Part shown: piece by piece, positions 7,896 through 16,295 of the stretch
Layout of the letters: the number at the start of each line of letters is the position of its first letter
How positions within the stretch are numbered: the stretch's first letter is position 1
NCBI GenBank assembly: GCA_965202625.1
Contig: CBDBBI010000002.1
Coordinates: 1-22,635 of the forward strand
From: a bacterium
Lineage (GTDB): Bacteria; UBA8248
Length of the DNA stretch: 22,635 nucleotides
Reading direction: 5' to 3'
Made by a program: the position numbers and the translations under genes
Notes under the pieces: model-generated
What the model was told of the DNA's origin: nothing
Seen by the model: only the letters and a program-made list of their open reading frames with translations
Database searches by the model: none

Positions 7896-8738
7896 TCAGG
7901 GAGCGGCGGTCCTTCTCTTGCGCGCGTGAACGAGCGTGGCCTCCATGGGCAGGCGGATGACGCCCTCCTCGCACGCAAACTCCATCACGCTTTCGCGGAT
8001 GGCCTCCTTGATGCGCTCTCTCGCCCTGGGCGGCTGTGCGCGCAGACGCGCCGCCGTGCGCACGGTGGATTTCTCGATGATCTCGACGATGCGCGCGGGC
8101 ACCTCCGCCCGCATATAGAGGGTGAGGTCGAGAAACTGCGGCTTTGTGAACCCCGCCGCCTCAAACGCGCGCGCACATGCGTCCTTCTCCGCATAAAACG
8201 GAGCGGGCGGGCCGGCGAGGAGGGGCGTTTGGGCCTCCCCGTGGGTCTGAACCGCTTTTTCCATCAGCCGCCTGTGGCCCGCGTCATGCGTCCACGCGGT
8301 GAGGGCGAGCCTTCCCCCCGGTTTGAGGGTGCGGGCGGTTTCGGCCAGCGCGTCTTCCGGACGGGAGAAGTGGATGAACCCGAAGTTGCTCACAACGGCG
8401 TCAAAGGCGGCGTCGGGAAAGGGCGTCTCCTCCGCGTCGCAGCACCTGAACTCCGCCCCCGGCCAGCGGCGCGCCGCCTCGGCGATCATGTCTCCGGCGA
8501 AATCCGCGCCCACCACCGTGCAGCCGCGCATGAGCGCCCCCGCAGCGACGATGCCCGTCCCGCACGCCAAATCAAGCAGGCGCGTTCCGAAGCGCGCACC
8601 GGCGGCGTCGAGCAGGGCGGCGGCCGCCTGCGCGGTGGCGGTGCCGAACAAATCGTTGTAATCCGCCGCCACGCCGTTCCATCCCGCGCGCTCAAATTCC
8701 CTGAACGCATCAGGGTCGTATGCGGACGTCCCGCTCAT
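7896..8738 (-). CDS. Class I SAM-dependent methyltransferase (UbiE-like)
   Basis: LLDLACGTG, GADFAGDM, DAEETPFPDAAFDAVVS, LKPGGRL motifs. Confidence 0.9.
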   Translation of the reverse strand: MSGTSAYDPDAFREFERAGWNGVAADYNDLFGTATAQAAAALLDAAGARFGTRLLDLACGTGIVAAGALMRGCTVVGADFAGDMIAEAARRWPGAEFRCCDAEETPFPDAAFDAVVSNFGFIHFSRPEDALAETARTLKPGGRLALTAWTHDAGHRRLMEKAVQTHGEAQTPLLAGPPAPFYAEKDACARAFEAAGFTKPQFLDLTLYMRAEVPARIVEIIEKSTVRTAARLRAQPPRARERIKEAIRESVMEFACEEGVIRLPMEATLVHARKRRTAAP

Positions 8739-8763
8739 GTCGCCGCCTCAAGGTTCTGCTGCT

Positions 8764-10188
8764 TCATCGTGCCTCCCCCCTCGTCTGGGGGCGTCCGTCC
8801 GCGCGGACGCCGCGCGCCACCAGGTCCACCCCGTTCGAGCCGATGATCTCGCAGGTGATGACGTCTCCGGACGCGGCGTCTGTTTCGTGGAAAAAGACCT
8901 CGCCGTCCACCTCGGGGGCCTGCAGCCGCGTCCGCCCGCGCAGGAGTCCCTCGGGCGTCAGCCCCTCCACGAGTGCCTGCGTTCTCGCACCCGTCAGCGC
9001 CGCGTTGTCCTCGGCCATGATGCGCTCCTGAAGCGCGAGCAGCCGCGCCATGCGCTCTTTGGCGACCTCGCGCGGTACCTGCTCCGGCAGGCGCGCCGCT
9101 ATCGAGCGGTCCTCGGGCGAGAAGACGAAGCCGCCCAGCCGCGCGAAGCGGGTCTCCTCCACGAAGTCGAGAAGAAGCGCGAAATCCTCCTCCGTCTCTC
9201 CGGGAAAGCCGACGAGCATGGTGGTTCTGAGCGCACAGCCGGGCGCCCTCTCCCTGATGCGCGAAATGAGGGTGCGCGTGCCCCGCTCGTCGATTCCGCG
9301 CCGCATGGCGGCGAGCACGGGAGTGGAGACGTGCTGAAGCGGCATGTCGATATACTCGCACACCTTCGGCAGGTCCCGGTAGGCGTCGATCAGCGCGTCC
9401 GTCATTCCGCGCGGGTAGTTGTAGAGCGCGCGAATCCACTCCAGACCTTCCACGCCGTTGAGCGCCTCGAGCAGCCGCGCGAGCGAGGCGCCGGATCGTA
9501 AATCTCTCCCGTAGCTCGTGATTTCCTGTGCCAGAAGGTTGACCTCGCGCACGCCGGCCTCGGCCAGTGCCCGCGCCTCCTCCACCAGCAGGTCGAGCGG
9601 GCGGGAGCGAAACCTGCCGCGAAACCTCGGTATCACGCAGAACGTGCACGGGCGTGAGCAGCCCTCGGCGACTTTCAGGTAGGCGCTCGGGCCGGGCTCT
9701 GCGAGAATGCGCGGCAGCCTTCTGCCGTAATCCATCAGGGTGTCCGAGAACGCCTCGCGCGCACCGCCGAGCAGGAGGGCGGGCAGGCGGTCGTATTCGC
9801 GGGTTCCGATGAACAGGTCCACCTCGGGCAGCCCCTGGGCGAGTTCTCCCCGGTAGCGCTCGGCGAGACAGCCCGCCACCACCAACGTTTCCAGCGCGCC
9901 CGTCTGCTTGAGTTGCCCAAGTTCCAGAATCACGTCTATCGACTCGCGCTTCGCATCCTCGATGAAGCCGCAGGTGTTGACGATGGCGACCTGGGCCTCC
10001 TCCGCCTCGCCCACGAGCTGGTAGCCCGCCTCCGCCAGGGCGGCGAGCATGATTTCCGAATCCACCGTGTTCTTGGCACAGCCCAGCGAGACGAGCGCGG
10101 CCCGCCGCGCCTCCGCCGGCGCGGGCGCGCCCCGCCGCACGAGGGGCATCTCGGAGATGGGCCGTATTTGGAGGAGCCCGCCGCTCAT
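8764..10188 (-). CDS. rimO: Ribosomal protein S12 methylthiotransferase RimO
   Basis: SLGCAKNTVDSE, VNTCGFIEDAKRESID, YLKVAEGCSRPCTFC (CxxxCxxC), YIDMPLQH, TRAM domain APEVDG; ATG overlaps the upstream stop (ATGA). Confidence 0.95.
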   Translation of the reverse strand: MSGGLLQIRPISEMPLVRRGAPAPAEARRAALVSLGCAKNTVDSEIMLAALAEAGYQLVGEAEEAQVAIVNTCGFIEDAKRESIDVILELGQLKQTGALETLVVAGCLAERYRGELAQGLPEVDLFIGTREYDRLPALLLGGAREAFSDTLMDYGRRLPRILAEPGPSAYLKVAEGCSRPCTFCVIPRFRGRFRSRPLDLLVEEARALAEAGVREVNLLAQEITSYGRDLRSGASLARLLEALNGVEGLEWIRALYNYPRGMTDALIDAYRDLPKVCEYIDMPLQHVSTPVLAAMRRGIDERGTRTLISRIRERAPGCALRTTMLVGFPGETEEDFALLLDFVEETRFARLGGFVFSPEDRSIAARLPEQVPREVAKERMARLLALQERIMAEDNAALTGARTQALVEGLTPEGLLRGRTRLQAPEVDGEVFFHETDAASGDVITCEIIGSNGVDLVARGVRADGRPQTRGEAR

Positions 10189-11510
10189 CGCACCGCTCCC
10201 GCCCGGAGGGTGCTCGGATCGCAATGCCATTCCTCCCGGGGGCGGTTGAAATAGCGAATCGCCGCCCCGGGCAGCTCCTTTCGATAGACCTCCAGCATCC
10301 GCGCCATGCCCATCGCCTCTCCGGAGTTTTCGACCTCGGGCAGCGTCTCCAGGTAGAGGGCGGGGTCGATGCACAGGTTTTTCATCTGTATCACGTGAAG
10401 CCCCGTTCTCTCGGCGAACCGCAGCATGGCTTCCACCTCGCCTTCAAGGTCCGTGACGCCGGGGAATACCAGATAGTTGATCTGTGCGTAAAGCCCCGCG
10501 TCGGCGGCGGCCTTCACGCAGTCCTCCACCTGGGCGAAGTCATACGTCTCGGGACGATAGTAGGCACGATACCATGCGGGCGTCGCGCTGTTCATGCTGA
10601 TGCGGACGCTCTCCAGACCCGCCGCGGCGAGCCTCTCCATCCATTCGGGCCGGCTGCCGTTCGTGTTGAGGTGGAGGGTTCCGCGCGAGGTGTGCTCGCG
10701 TATGCGTCGGCAGGCCCGCTCGATGATCCCCGCCTGGAGCAGGGGCTCCCCCTCGCATCCCTGCCCGAAGCTGGCGACCGCCGCCTCCGCCCCCGCAAGG
10801 TGGGGGACGGCGATCGCGCTCAGCTCCTCCGGCGTCGGTGCGAAACCGATGCGTTGGTGGCTCGCCGGAAACAGGTCGTCGCTCTGAAGGGAGATGCACC
10901 CCCGGCAGTCCGCGTTGCACAGCGGGGCGATGGGCAGGCCCATCTCCCATCGGCGGGCGAAAAAATTTTTGGCCGCGAAGCAATGAAACGCGCCTGCACA
11001 GCGCGCAAGGTGGGGGAGCAGTCGATTTTTTGGGTTCGCCTCGCACATCTCGGCGATGCGCTCGGGCAGGTGCGCGTCGTCGTATTCGGCGGGTGCCCAG
11101 CGCGGGCAGTCGTCCACCTGCACGGCGGCGCATACGAATTCGCCCCTCTCCGCATCAAAGCCCAGTGCCGCGTAGGCCCACAGGGGGAGGACGGCGGCTC
11201 CTTCCTCTCTCTCCGCATAGGGAAGGAGGGTGCGCATCCACCCCGGTGCGGGAAACGCGCAGGCGGCCTGAAGCGGCGCGGCTCCCTCGTCCCAGTCCGC
11301 CTCGGCCACGCTGAGGAGCGCGCCCGTCTCGGAGTCGCCGCCCACGGGCGTGCTGTCGGGAATCGTGAAGAGCCTGCTTCCCTCCGGAAGCGCGGAGAGC
11401 TCCTCCGGCTGCGGTACCACGGGCGACGCCCCGCTCGCGCCCACCATCTCCAGCGCCGGATGCTCGAACAGGTTGCCATCCTGGTCGGCGACCACCATCA
11501 GCGCGGACAT
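10185..11510 (-). CDS. Radical SAM protein of unknown function
   Basis: CNADCRGC motif, SFGQGCEGEP, HLNTNGS; GAGGAG RBS supports ATG 11510. Confidence 0.9.
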   Translation of the reverse strand: MSALMVVADQDGNLFEHPALEMVGASGASPVVPQPEELSALPEGSRLFTIPDSTPVGGDSETGALLSVAEADWDEGAAPLQAACAFPAPGWMRTLLPYAEREEGAAVLPLWAYAALGFDAERGEFVCAAVQVDDCPRWAPAEYDDAHLPERIAEMCEANPKNRLLPHLARCAGAFHCFAAKNFFARRWEMGLPIAPLCNADCRGCISLQSDDLFPASHQRIGFAPTPEELSAIAVPHLAGAEAAVASFGQGCEGEPLLQAGIIERACRRIREHTSRGTLHLNTNGSRPEWMERLAAAGLESVRISMNSATPAWYRAYYRPETYDFAQVEDCVKAAADAGLYAQINYLVFPGVTDLEGEVEAMLRFAERTGLHVIQMKNLCIDPALYLETLPEVENSGEAMGMARMLEVYRKELPGAAIRYFNRPREEWHCDPSTLRAGAVR

Positions 11511-11697
11511 GGGGGGGATGCTCCTCGCGTCGGTCGCCGGGGCGACGGAAAAAACGCGCTTGAGGGTGGAGGAACGCCGGCGTCGCTCACGGCTTCTCGT
11601 CTCCTGATGCGTGTATGGCTCTCCAAAGCCTGCCGCCCTGGTGCGGGCGTCCGCATACCCTAGCAGAACTCGGCCTCCTCTCGCCAGTTTCCCGCCC

Positions 11698-11726
11698 TGG
11701 ACAAGCGACTTGCGGTTGGGGATACT
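11698..11726 (+). promoter_or_regulatory. Sigma70-like promoter for the 11812-13575 genes
   Basis: TGGACA-N17-GATACT in the divergent intergenic region. Confidence 0.45.
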
Positions 11727-11811
11727 TTCCCCCTCCCCTTCATCCGCTTGCCGTGGGGAGACCGGCGTTTCGGAATCCAGACCGCGCGCAAGCGAAAACG
11801 GAGGAACCCCC

Positions 11812-12642
11812 ATGCGCCCAGATGAATATCTCTCCCGAATCGCCCTTGTGAAATCCGAGACCGGGCGTCTGTCCGCAGAGTGGCGCGGCTTCTCGGAGGC
11901 CCGCTGGGAGGTGGATACCTTTTGCCCCGGCTGGCGGGCACGACACGCCGTCTCCCACCTGGCGACGGGGGGCGATTTTTATGCGAACTCGGTTCGCAGG
12001 GCACTGGACGGTCTGCCGCCCGCACCGCCCTACGGGAACGACACGAAAGGGTTTTTTGCCATCCGCAAGGACAAGGGCGAGGCGCTCATGGAACTGCCCC
12101 GGCAGGAGATGCTGAATGCGTTCGACGCCTCGGCCCTTGCCGTGAACGACGCGCTCGAGGCAGTGGGTGCGGACGACCTCGGCAAACGTGGCTATCACCC
12201 CCGCGGCCTGACGAGGCTCGACGCCTGGATAGGGATGCGGCTCGCCGAGATGGTGATTCACGACTGGGATATTCGCTACGGGGAGGACACTGACGCCCGC
12301 GTCGCCCCCCAGGGGGTGGAGGGGATGATGAGTTTCATTCCGGAGAACCAGAGCCGATTTTTCGGTCTGCGCGAGAAGCCCCCCTTCAAGGGCCGGTTCG
12401 CTTTTCGCTCGACGGCACCCGATCGGGCGTGGACGCTCACCGTCGACGGTACGGGGGCGGAGGAGTCTGCGGACGCCTCCGGAACACACGACGCCCGCAT
12501 CGCCGCAGATGGCGAGGCCCACGTCCTCCTCATGTTCGGGCGCGCGAAGCGCGAGGCCATGATGGCGGCGGGACGCCTGGAAGTCGAGGGAAACCCGGAC
12601 CTGGCAGATCGGCTCCTGCGCGTTTTGTACACGACCTATTAG
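11812..12642 (+). CDS. Maleylpyruvate isomerase-like (MDMPI_N / DinB superfamily) protein with SCP2-like C-terminal domain
   Basis: TFCPGWRARHAVSHL and EMVIHDWDI metal-binding motifs; C-terminal LMFGR...GRLEVEGN; GGAGG RBS before ATG 11812. Confidence 0.85.
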   Translation: MRPDEYLSRIALVKSETGRLSAEWRGFSEARWEVDTFCPGWRARHAVSHLATGGDFYANSVRRALDGLPPAPPYGNDTKGFFAIRKDKGEALMELPRQEMLNAFDASALAVNDALEAVGADDLGKRGYHPRGLTRLDAWIGMRLAEMVIHDWDIRYGEDTDARVAPQGVEGMMSFIPENQSRFFGLREKPPFKGRFAFRSTAPDRAWTLTVDGTGAEESADASGTHDARIAADGEAHVLLMFGRAKREAMMAAGRLEVEGNPDLADRLLRVLYTTY

Positions 12643-12684
12643 GAGGTCGCCAAACCTCCATTTTCCCTTGAGGTGGTTGAGAAC

Positions 12685-13575
12685 ATGACGATTACGAAAG
12701 TGGACGGATACGCCTATTATCCCCAAAGCAGGGGGCGTATTGAGGCGATGCGGCAGGCCGACCCCGCCAGAACGCCCTGGACGCCGCTGCCCCGACCGCT
12801 CGCCGAATGCCGGGTCACCCTCGTCTCCACGGCGGGCATATTCATGAAGGGGGACGTCTCCTTCGATTACGCGCGCGAATGGCGAGAGCCGCACTGGGGG
12901 GATCCCACCCACCGGGAGATTCCGAAATCGGCCGGCCAGGACGATTGCGAATACTCCCATCTGCACGTCAACACCGAATATCTGAAAGCGGACAGGAACG
13001 TGGCGTTTCCGGTGGACGTTTTTCTGGACTACGAGCGGGAGGGCAAGGTCGGCACCCTCGCCGACACACTGTATTCCACCATGGGCTACACGCCCAACTT
13101 CCATCCCCTGATCAAGAAGACGGCCCCCCTCATGGCGGAGAATATGCGCTCTGAGGGCGTGGATGCGGCGTTTTTGTTTCCCGTCTGACCGCTTTGCATG
13201 CGGTCCGTGAGCCTGCTGCAAAGAAAGCTGGAAGAGCTGGGAATCGCCACCATCTCGATATGCAACCAGCCCGCCGTCTCCGAGAAGGTCTGCGTACCGA
13301 GGGCGGCGTTCATTCAGTATCCCTTCGGACGGATTCTGGGAGACGTGGGCGACAGGGCGGGCCAGCGCGCGGTGTGCGACGACGTGTGCGCGCACCTGGA
13401 AGCCGCACAGCGCCCCAACGCCTATCGCCACCTGCCCCATGCGTGGCATGAGCCGCCCGAAGAGGCGCAGTGGAAGCCCCTGCAGCCCGCCCCCATGCAC
13501 GTGCTGAGAAACAAGGGAACGGCACCCAAAGGCCTCGCGCATTACCAGGACGACGAGCGGCCGGATTTGGCCTAG
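12685..13575 (+). CDS. GrdB/PrdB-like reductase selenoprotein B family protein, Sec at TGA 13186-13188
   Basis: ORFs 12673-13188 and 13198-13575 are in the same frame, joined as FLFPV-U-PLCMRSV (UxxC). Family motifs VTLVSTAG, GDPTHREIP, DRNVAFPVD, LEELGIATI, PRA..YPFG. SECIS-like hairpin follows; GAGGTGG RBS before ATG 12685. Confidence 0.88.
13189..13223 (+). promoter_or_regulatory. Bacterial SECIS element
   Basis: CTTTGCA (13192-13198) pairs with TGCAAAG (13217-13223); inner GCGG/CTGC and TC/GA pairs; apical loop with GT about 19 nt after the UGA. Confidence 0.75.
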
Positions 13576-13907
13576 AACAGCCGCCCGCCGATGCGCGGGT
13601 TTTTCGCATCGGGAGATAAGAGCACCACCTCGCCCCGCGCGTTCGGGACGCCGAGCGTCAGCACCTCGGAGACGAAGGGGCCGATTTGTCTCGGCGGAAA
13701 GTTCACCACTCCGAGCACGAGCTTCCCCCTGAGTGCCTCCTTCTCGTAGAGGGCGACGATCTGCGCGGAGGATTTCTTCACGCCTACCTCCTCGCCGAAA
13801 TCGATCCGGAGCTTGTAGGCGGGCTTTCTCGCCTCGGGAAAATCCTCCGCCTCGATGATGCGTCCCACGCGGACGTCGAGCTTCTCAAAATCCTCCATCG
13901 TCGCCAC
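13572..13907 (-). CDS. csaA: CsaA tRNA-binding / protein export chaperone
   Basis: EDFEKLDVRVGRI, FPEARKPAYKL.IDFG, KKSSAQI, VNFPPRQIG.F.SEVLTLG; its stop overlaps the selenoprotein stop (CTAG). Confidence 0.95.
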   Translation of the reverse strand: MATMEDFEKLDVRVGRIIEAEDFPEARKPAYKLRIDFGEEVGVKKSSAQIVALYEKEALRGKLVLGVVNFPPRQIGPFVSEVLTLGVPNARGEVVLLSPDAKNPRIGGRLF

Positions 13908-14078
13908 CTGGTCTCTCTCCTCCTCGGATTTTCCTTGACAACTTTTATTATTTTCAAAACAATCCGCAAAATGGTTGGTAAATTTATTTGCCCCTATTGT
14001 GGATGTTTCGAAAGAATTTTCATCGCCAAGAGCAAGAAGTTTAAGTATTTATACTAGCGGATGGGAAAGGAATATATA

Positions 14079-14255
14079 ATGTTAGTTAAGGCGAAACTTT
14101 TTCGAGGTAATGAAATTATATTGGCAGTTCAAGATGATGTAACTCAAAGAGGCGATATTGAACATTTAGTGAGCAAATTGATGAAAGAATTTCACATTAA
14201 ATTTCCTGAGGCTTCATTATGGGAACCGAATTACAAAATTTCTTTAGATAGTTAA
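14079..14255 (+). CDS. Small AT-rich hypothetical protein (58 aa)
   Basis: AAGGA RBS before ATG 14079; lies in a low-GC insert (about 13930-14315) with TTGACA-N17-AACAAT at 13935-13963. Confidence 0.55.
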   Translation: MLVKAKLFRGNEIILAVQDDVTQRGDIEHLVSKLMKEFHIKFPEASLWEPNYKISLDS

Positions 14256-14315
14256 ATCTCCTTTCATTAGTATTTATGCTGCGGATTCAATCGTATATAA
14301 GTCCCAAAAATGTTC

Positions 14316-15203
14316 TTACGCCTCGTCAATCGGTTCGCCCTCGGTTTTCTCCATCTCCAGAATCTCCGCGCGCAGCCGCGTCGTCAGGGGGCCGGGGGCG
14401 GGTATGGGGCGCGCATCGACCTCCTGCACCGCGCACACCCGGCTGAACGATGAGGTGAGAAAGCACTCGTCCGCCGTGTAGAGGTCATAGAGCGTGAGGT
14501 CCGCCTCAGAGGCGGGAATCCCCTCGCGCGCGGCGATCTCCATCACCGCCCTTCGGGTGATGCCGTCGAGGGCGTTGTGGACGTGGGGCGTTTTCAGCGC
14601 GCCGTCCTTCACGAGAAAAACGTTCTCGCCCGGTGCCTCCGCCACGAAGCCGCGCACATCCAGAAGAATCGCCTCGTCATATCCCGCCTCCACGGCCTCG
14701 ATCCGCGCCATCACGTTGTTGAGATAATTGAGCGACTTCACGCGCGCCTCCAGGGATGCGGACGGCACCTTGCGCACCGCCGCCGTCTTGAGGCGCAGCC
14801 CCGCACCCTTCGCGCGATAGCTCGCGCCCGTCTCGGGCGGCGGGGCGGGTGCGTGCAGCAGCACGGCGAGCGTCGCTTCTCCCGTCACCCTCGGATCGAG
14901 CAGGGGGTAGCCCGCTCCCCTGGAGACGACGAGGCGCAGATACACCTCGTCCACGCCCGACCTGCGCGCGCATTCCTTGACGATGTGCGCAATTCTCTCC
15001 CGGGGTTCGGGAAGGTCGATTTTGAGTGCGCGCGCGGAGCACTCCATGCGGTCGAGATGCTCCCGGAAGCGGAAGATGCGCCGCCCCCTCAGCGTCATGG
15101 ATTCAAAGAGGCCGTCCCCGTAGAGAAACCCGTGATCAAAGGCGGAGACGCGCGCCTCGGAGGCGGCGACGTATGCGCCGTTCACGTAGCAGACGAGGGA
15201 CAT
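14316..15203 (-). CDS. Class IV PLP aminotransferase (branched-chain amino acid aminotransferase-like)
   Basis: DHGFLYGDGLFE, HLDR, VKSLNYLNN (PLP lysine), EAPGENVF, LDGITR, ADECFLTSS. Substrate not certain, so no symbol given. Confidence 0.9.
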   Translation of the reverse strand: MSLVCYVNGAYVAASEARVSAFDHGFLYGDGLFESMTLRGRRIFRFREHLDRMECSARALKIDLPEPRERIAHIVKECARRSGVDEVYLRLVVSRGAGYPLLDPRVTGEATLAVLLHAPAPPPETGASYRAKGAGLRLKTAAVRKVPSASLEARVKSLNYLNNVMARIEAVEAGYDEAILLDVRGFVAEAPGENVFLVKDGALKTPHVHNALDGITRRAVMEIAAREGIPASEADLTLYDLYTADECFLTSSFSRVCAVQEVDARPIPAPGPLTTRLRAEILEMEKTEGEPIDEA

Positions 15204-15214
15204 GGGGGTGCTCT

Positions 15215-15958
15215 CTAGATCGCGCACCAGCCGTCATCGACGATGAGGTCGAGGCCGTGTACCGCACTGGCGTCCTCGGAGGCGAGGAACACCGCCGCAC
15301 CCGCCATCTCGGCCGTCGATATGTAGGCCCGGCCCGTGGGGGTGTAGCTCGCCATGCGCTTCACGAACTCCGGGTCGTCCTGTAGGTGCTGGTTGAGGGG
15401 CGTGGCCGTGTTGCCCGGCGAGATGGAGTTCACGTTGATGCCGCACTTCGATATCTCCGCCGCAAGCGCGCGGGTGAGCATATAGACTCCGCCCTTGCTC
15501 GCGCAGTAGGGCACCGCGTTGGGAAAGGCGTGGGTGGCGGCGATGGAGGCGACGAAGATGATCTTGCCGGCCTTATTCTCCTTCATGATGGGCACGACCG
15601 CCTGGGCGAGCAGGAAGTTGCCCTTGAGGTTGACGTCGATGACGTCGTCCCATTCCTCCTCGGAATATCCCTCCAGCTCCTTGTTGATCATGATGCCCGC
15701 GTTTCCGACCAGAACGTCCACCGTCCCGAAGGCGGCCACCACGTCCGCCACCATCTCCTCCACGTCCGCCTTGCGGGATACGTCGCACGGAAACGCCCTG
15801 GCCGCCTCGCCGATCTCGGAGGCGAGGGCCTCTCCTTTCTCCGCAGTGCGGTTCACGATGGCCACGCGCGCACCCTCCTCCGCATAGCGGCGGCAGATGG
15901 CCGCACCGATTCCCTGCGATCCGCCGGTGACGACAGCGACTTTCTCCTTCAGCCTCAT
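15215..15958 (-). CDS. Short-chain dehydrogenase/reductase
   Basis: VTGGSQGIG, NAG, YCASK motifs; GAGGAG RBS before ATG 15958. Confidence 0.95.
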   Translation of the reverse strand: MRLKEKVAVVTGGSQGIGAAICRRYAEEGARVAIVNRTAEKGEALASEIGEAARAFPCDVSRKADVEEMVADVVAAFGTVDVLVGNAGIMINKELEGYSEEEWDDVIDVNLKGNFLLAQAVVPIMKENKAGKIIFVASIAATHAFPNAVPYCASKGGVYMLTRALAAEISKCGINVNSISPGNTATPLNQHLQDDPEFVKRMASYTPTGRAYISTAEMAGAAVFLASEDASAVHGLDLIVDDGWCAI

Positions 15959-16040
15959 GGGCGTCTCCTCCCCTCGGGGCGTTCGGGCTTTTCGGACAAG
16001 CGAAAAATCTCCCGCCTGATGCAGTGTGCCGCGCATGATA
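15873..16040 (-). repeat. Direct repeat 3, copy A (SDR putative -10 element, leader and first 29 codons)
   Basis: 168 bp matching 19279-19446 with about 8 mismatches and no gaps. Confidence 0.95.
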
Positions 16041-16219
16041 GCCCCCTTTGGCCGGGAGGGGAAGGGGGAGGGAATGGCCCCGTTCTGTCTCGTGCTCGCC
16101 ACCCGGCATGGCGTCTCCGGCGCACCTGTTCCATGAAAATGTCCCTTTGAGGACTTTTATTTAGCAATTCCACCTTAAAATACTCCGATATTCAGTGATA
16201 TTTTGCTCTGAAATTTCTA

Positions 16220-16248
16220 TTGCGACATCAATGTATGGGGACTATATT
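16220..16248 (+). promoter_or_regulatory. Sigma70-like promoter of the Xre operon
   Basis: TTGCGA-N17-TATATT in an AT-rich stretch; palindrome GTCC-N6-GGAC at 16141-16154 may be an operator. Confidence 0.55.
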
Positions 16249-16295
16249 TTTAAACGTGAAGCTTCCGAGGCTCTCATTCATATTTGGAGGTTGTG

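Noticed and set aside
13186-13188. Nonsense mutation (pseudogene) or two separate genes
   Set aside because: The TGA sits in a UxxC motif of a known selenoprotein family and is followed by a SECIS-like hairpin; the second ORF lacks an RBS.
11740-13542. 600-aa minus-strand ORF, and similar long ORFs at 10224-11663 (+), 20309-22132 (+), 7926-8846 (+), 5835-6905 (-) and 16278-17357 (-)
   Set aside because: Antisense shadows of well-supported genes in high-GC DNA; no recognisable motifs.
13915-14350. Gene-end duplication around the small AT-rich insert
   Set aside because: Only a short purine-rich resemblance (GGAGAAAACCGAGG versus GGAAAATCCGAGG on the minus strand), compatible with chance.
16050-16132. 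Extension of repeat 3 matching 20238-20298 (tccggcgcacctgttcc versus tccggcgcaaccgctcc)
   Set aside because: Patchy, G-rich and gapped; cannot be supported without an alignment statistic.
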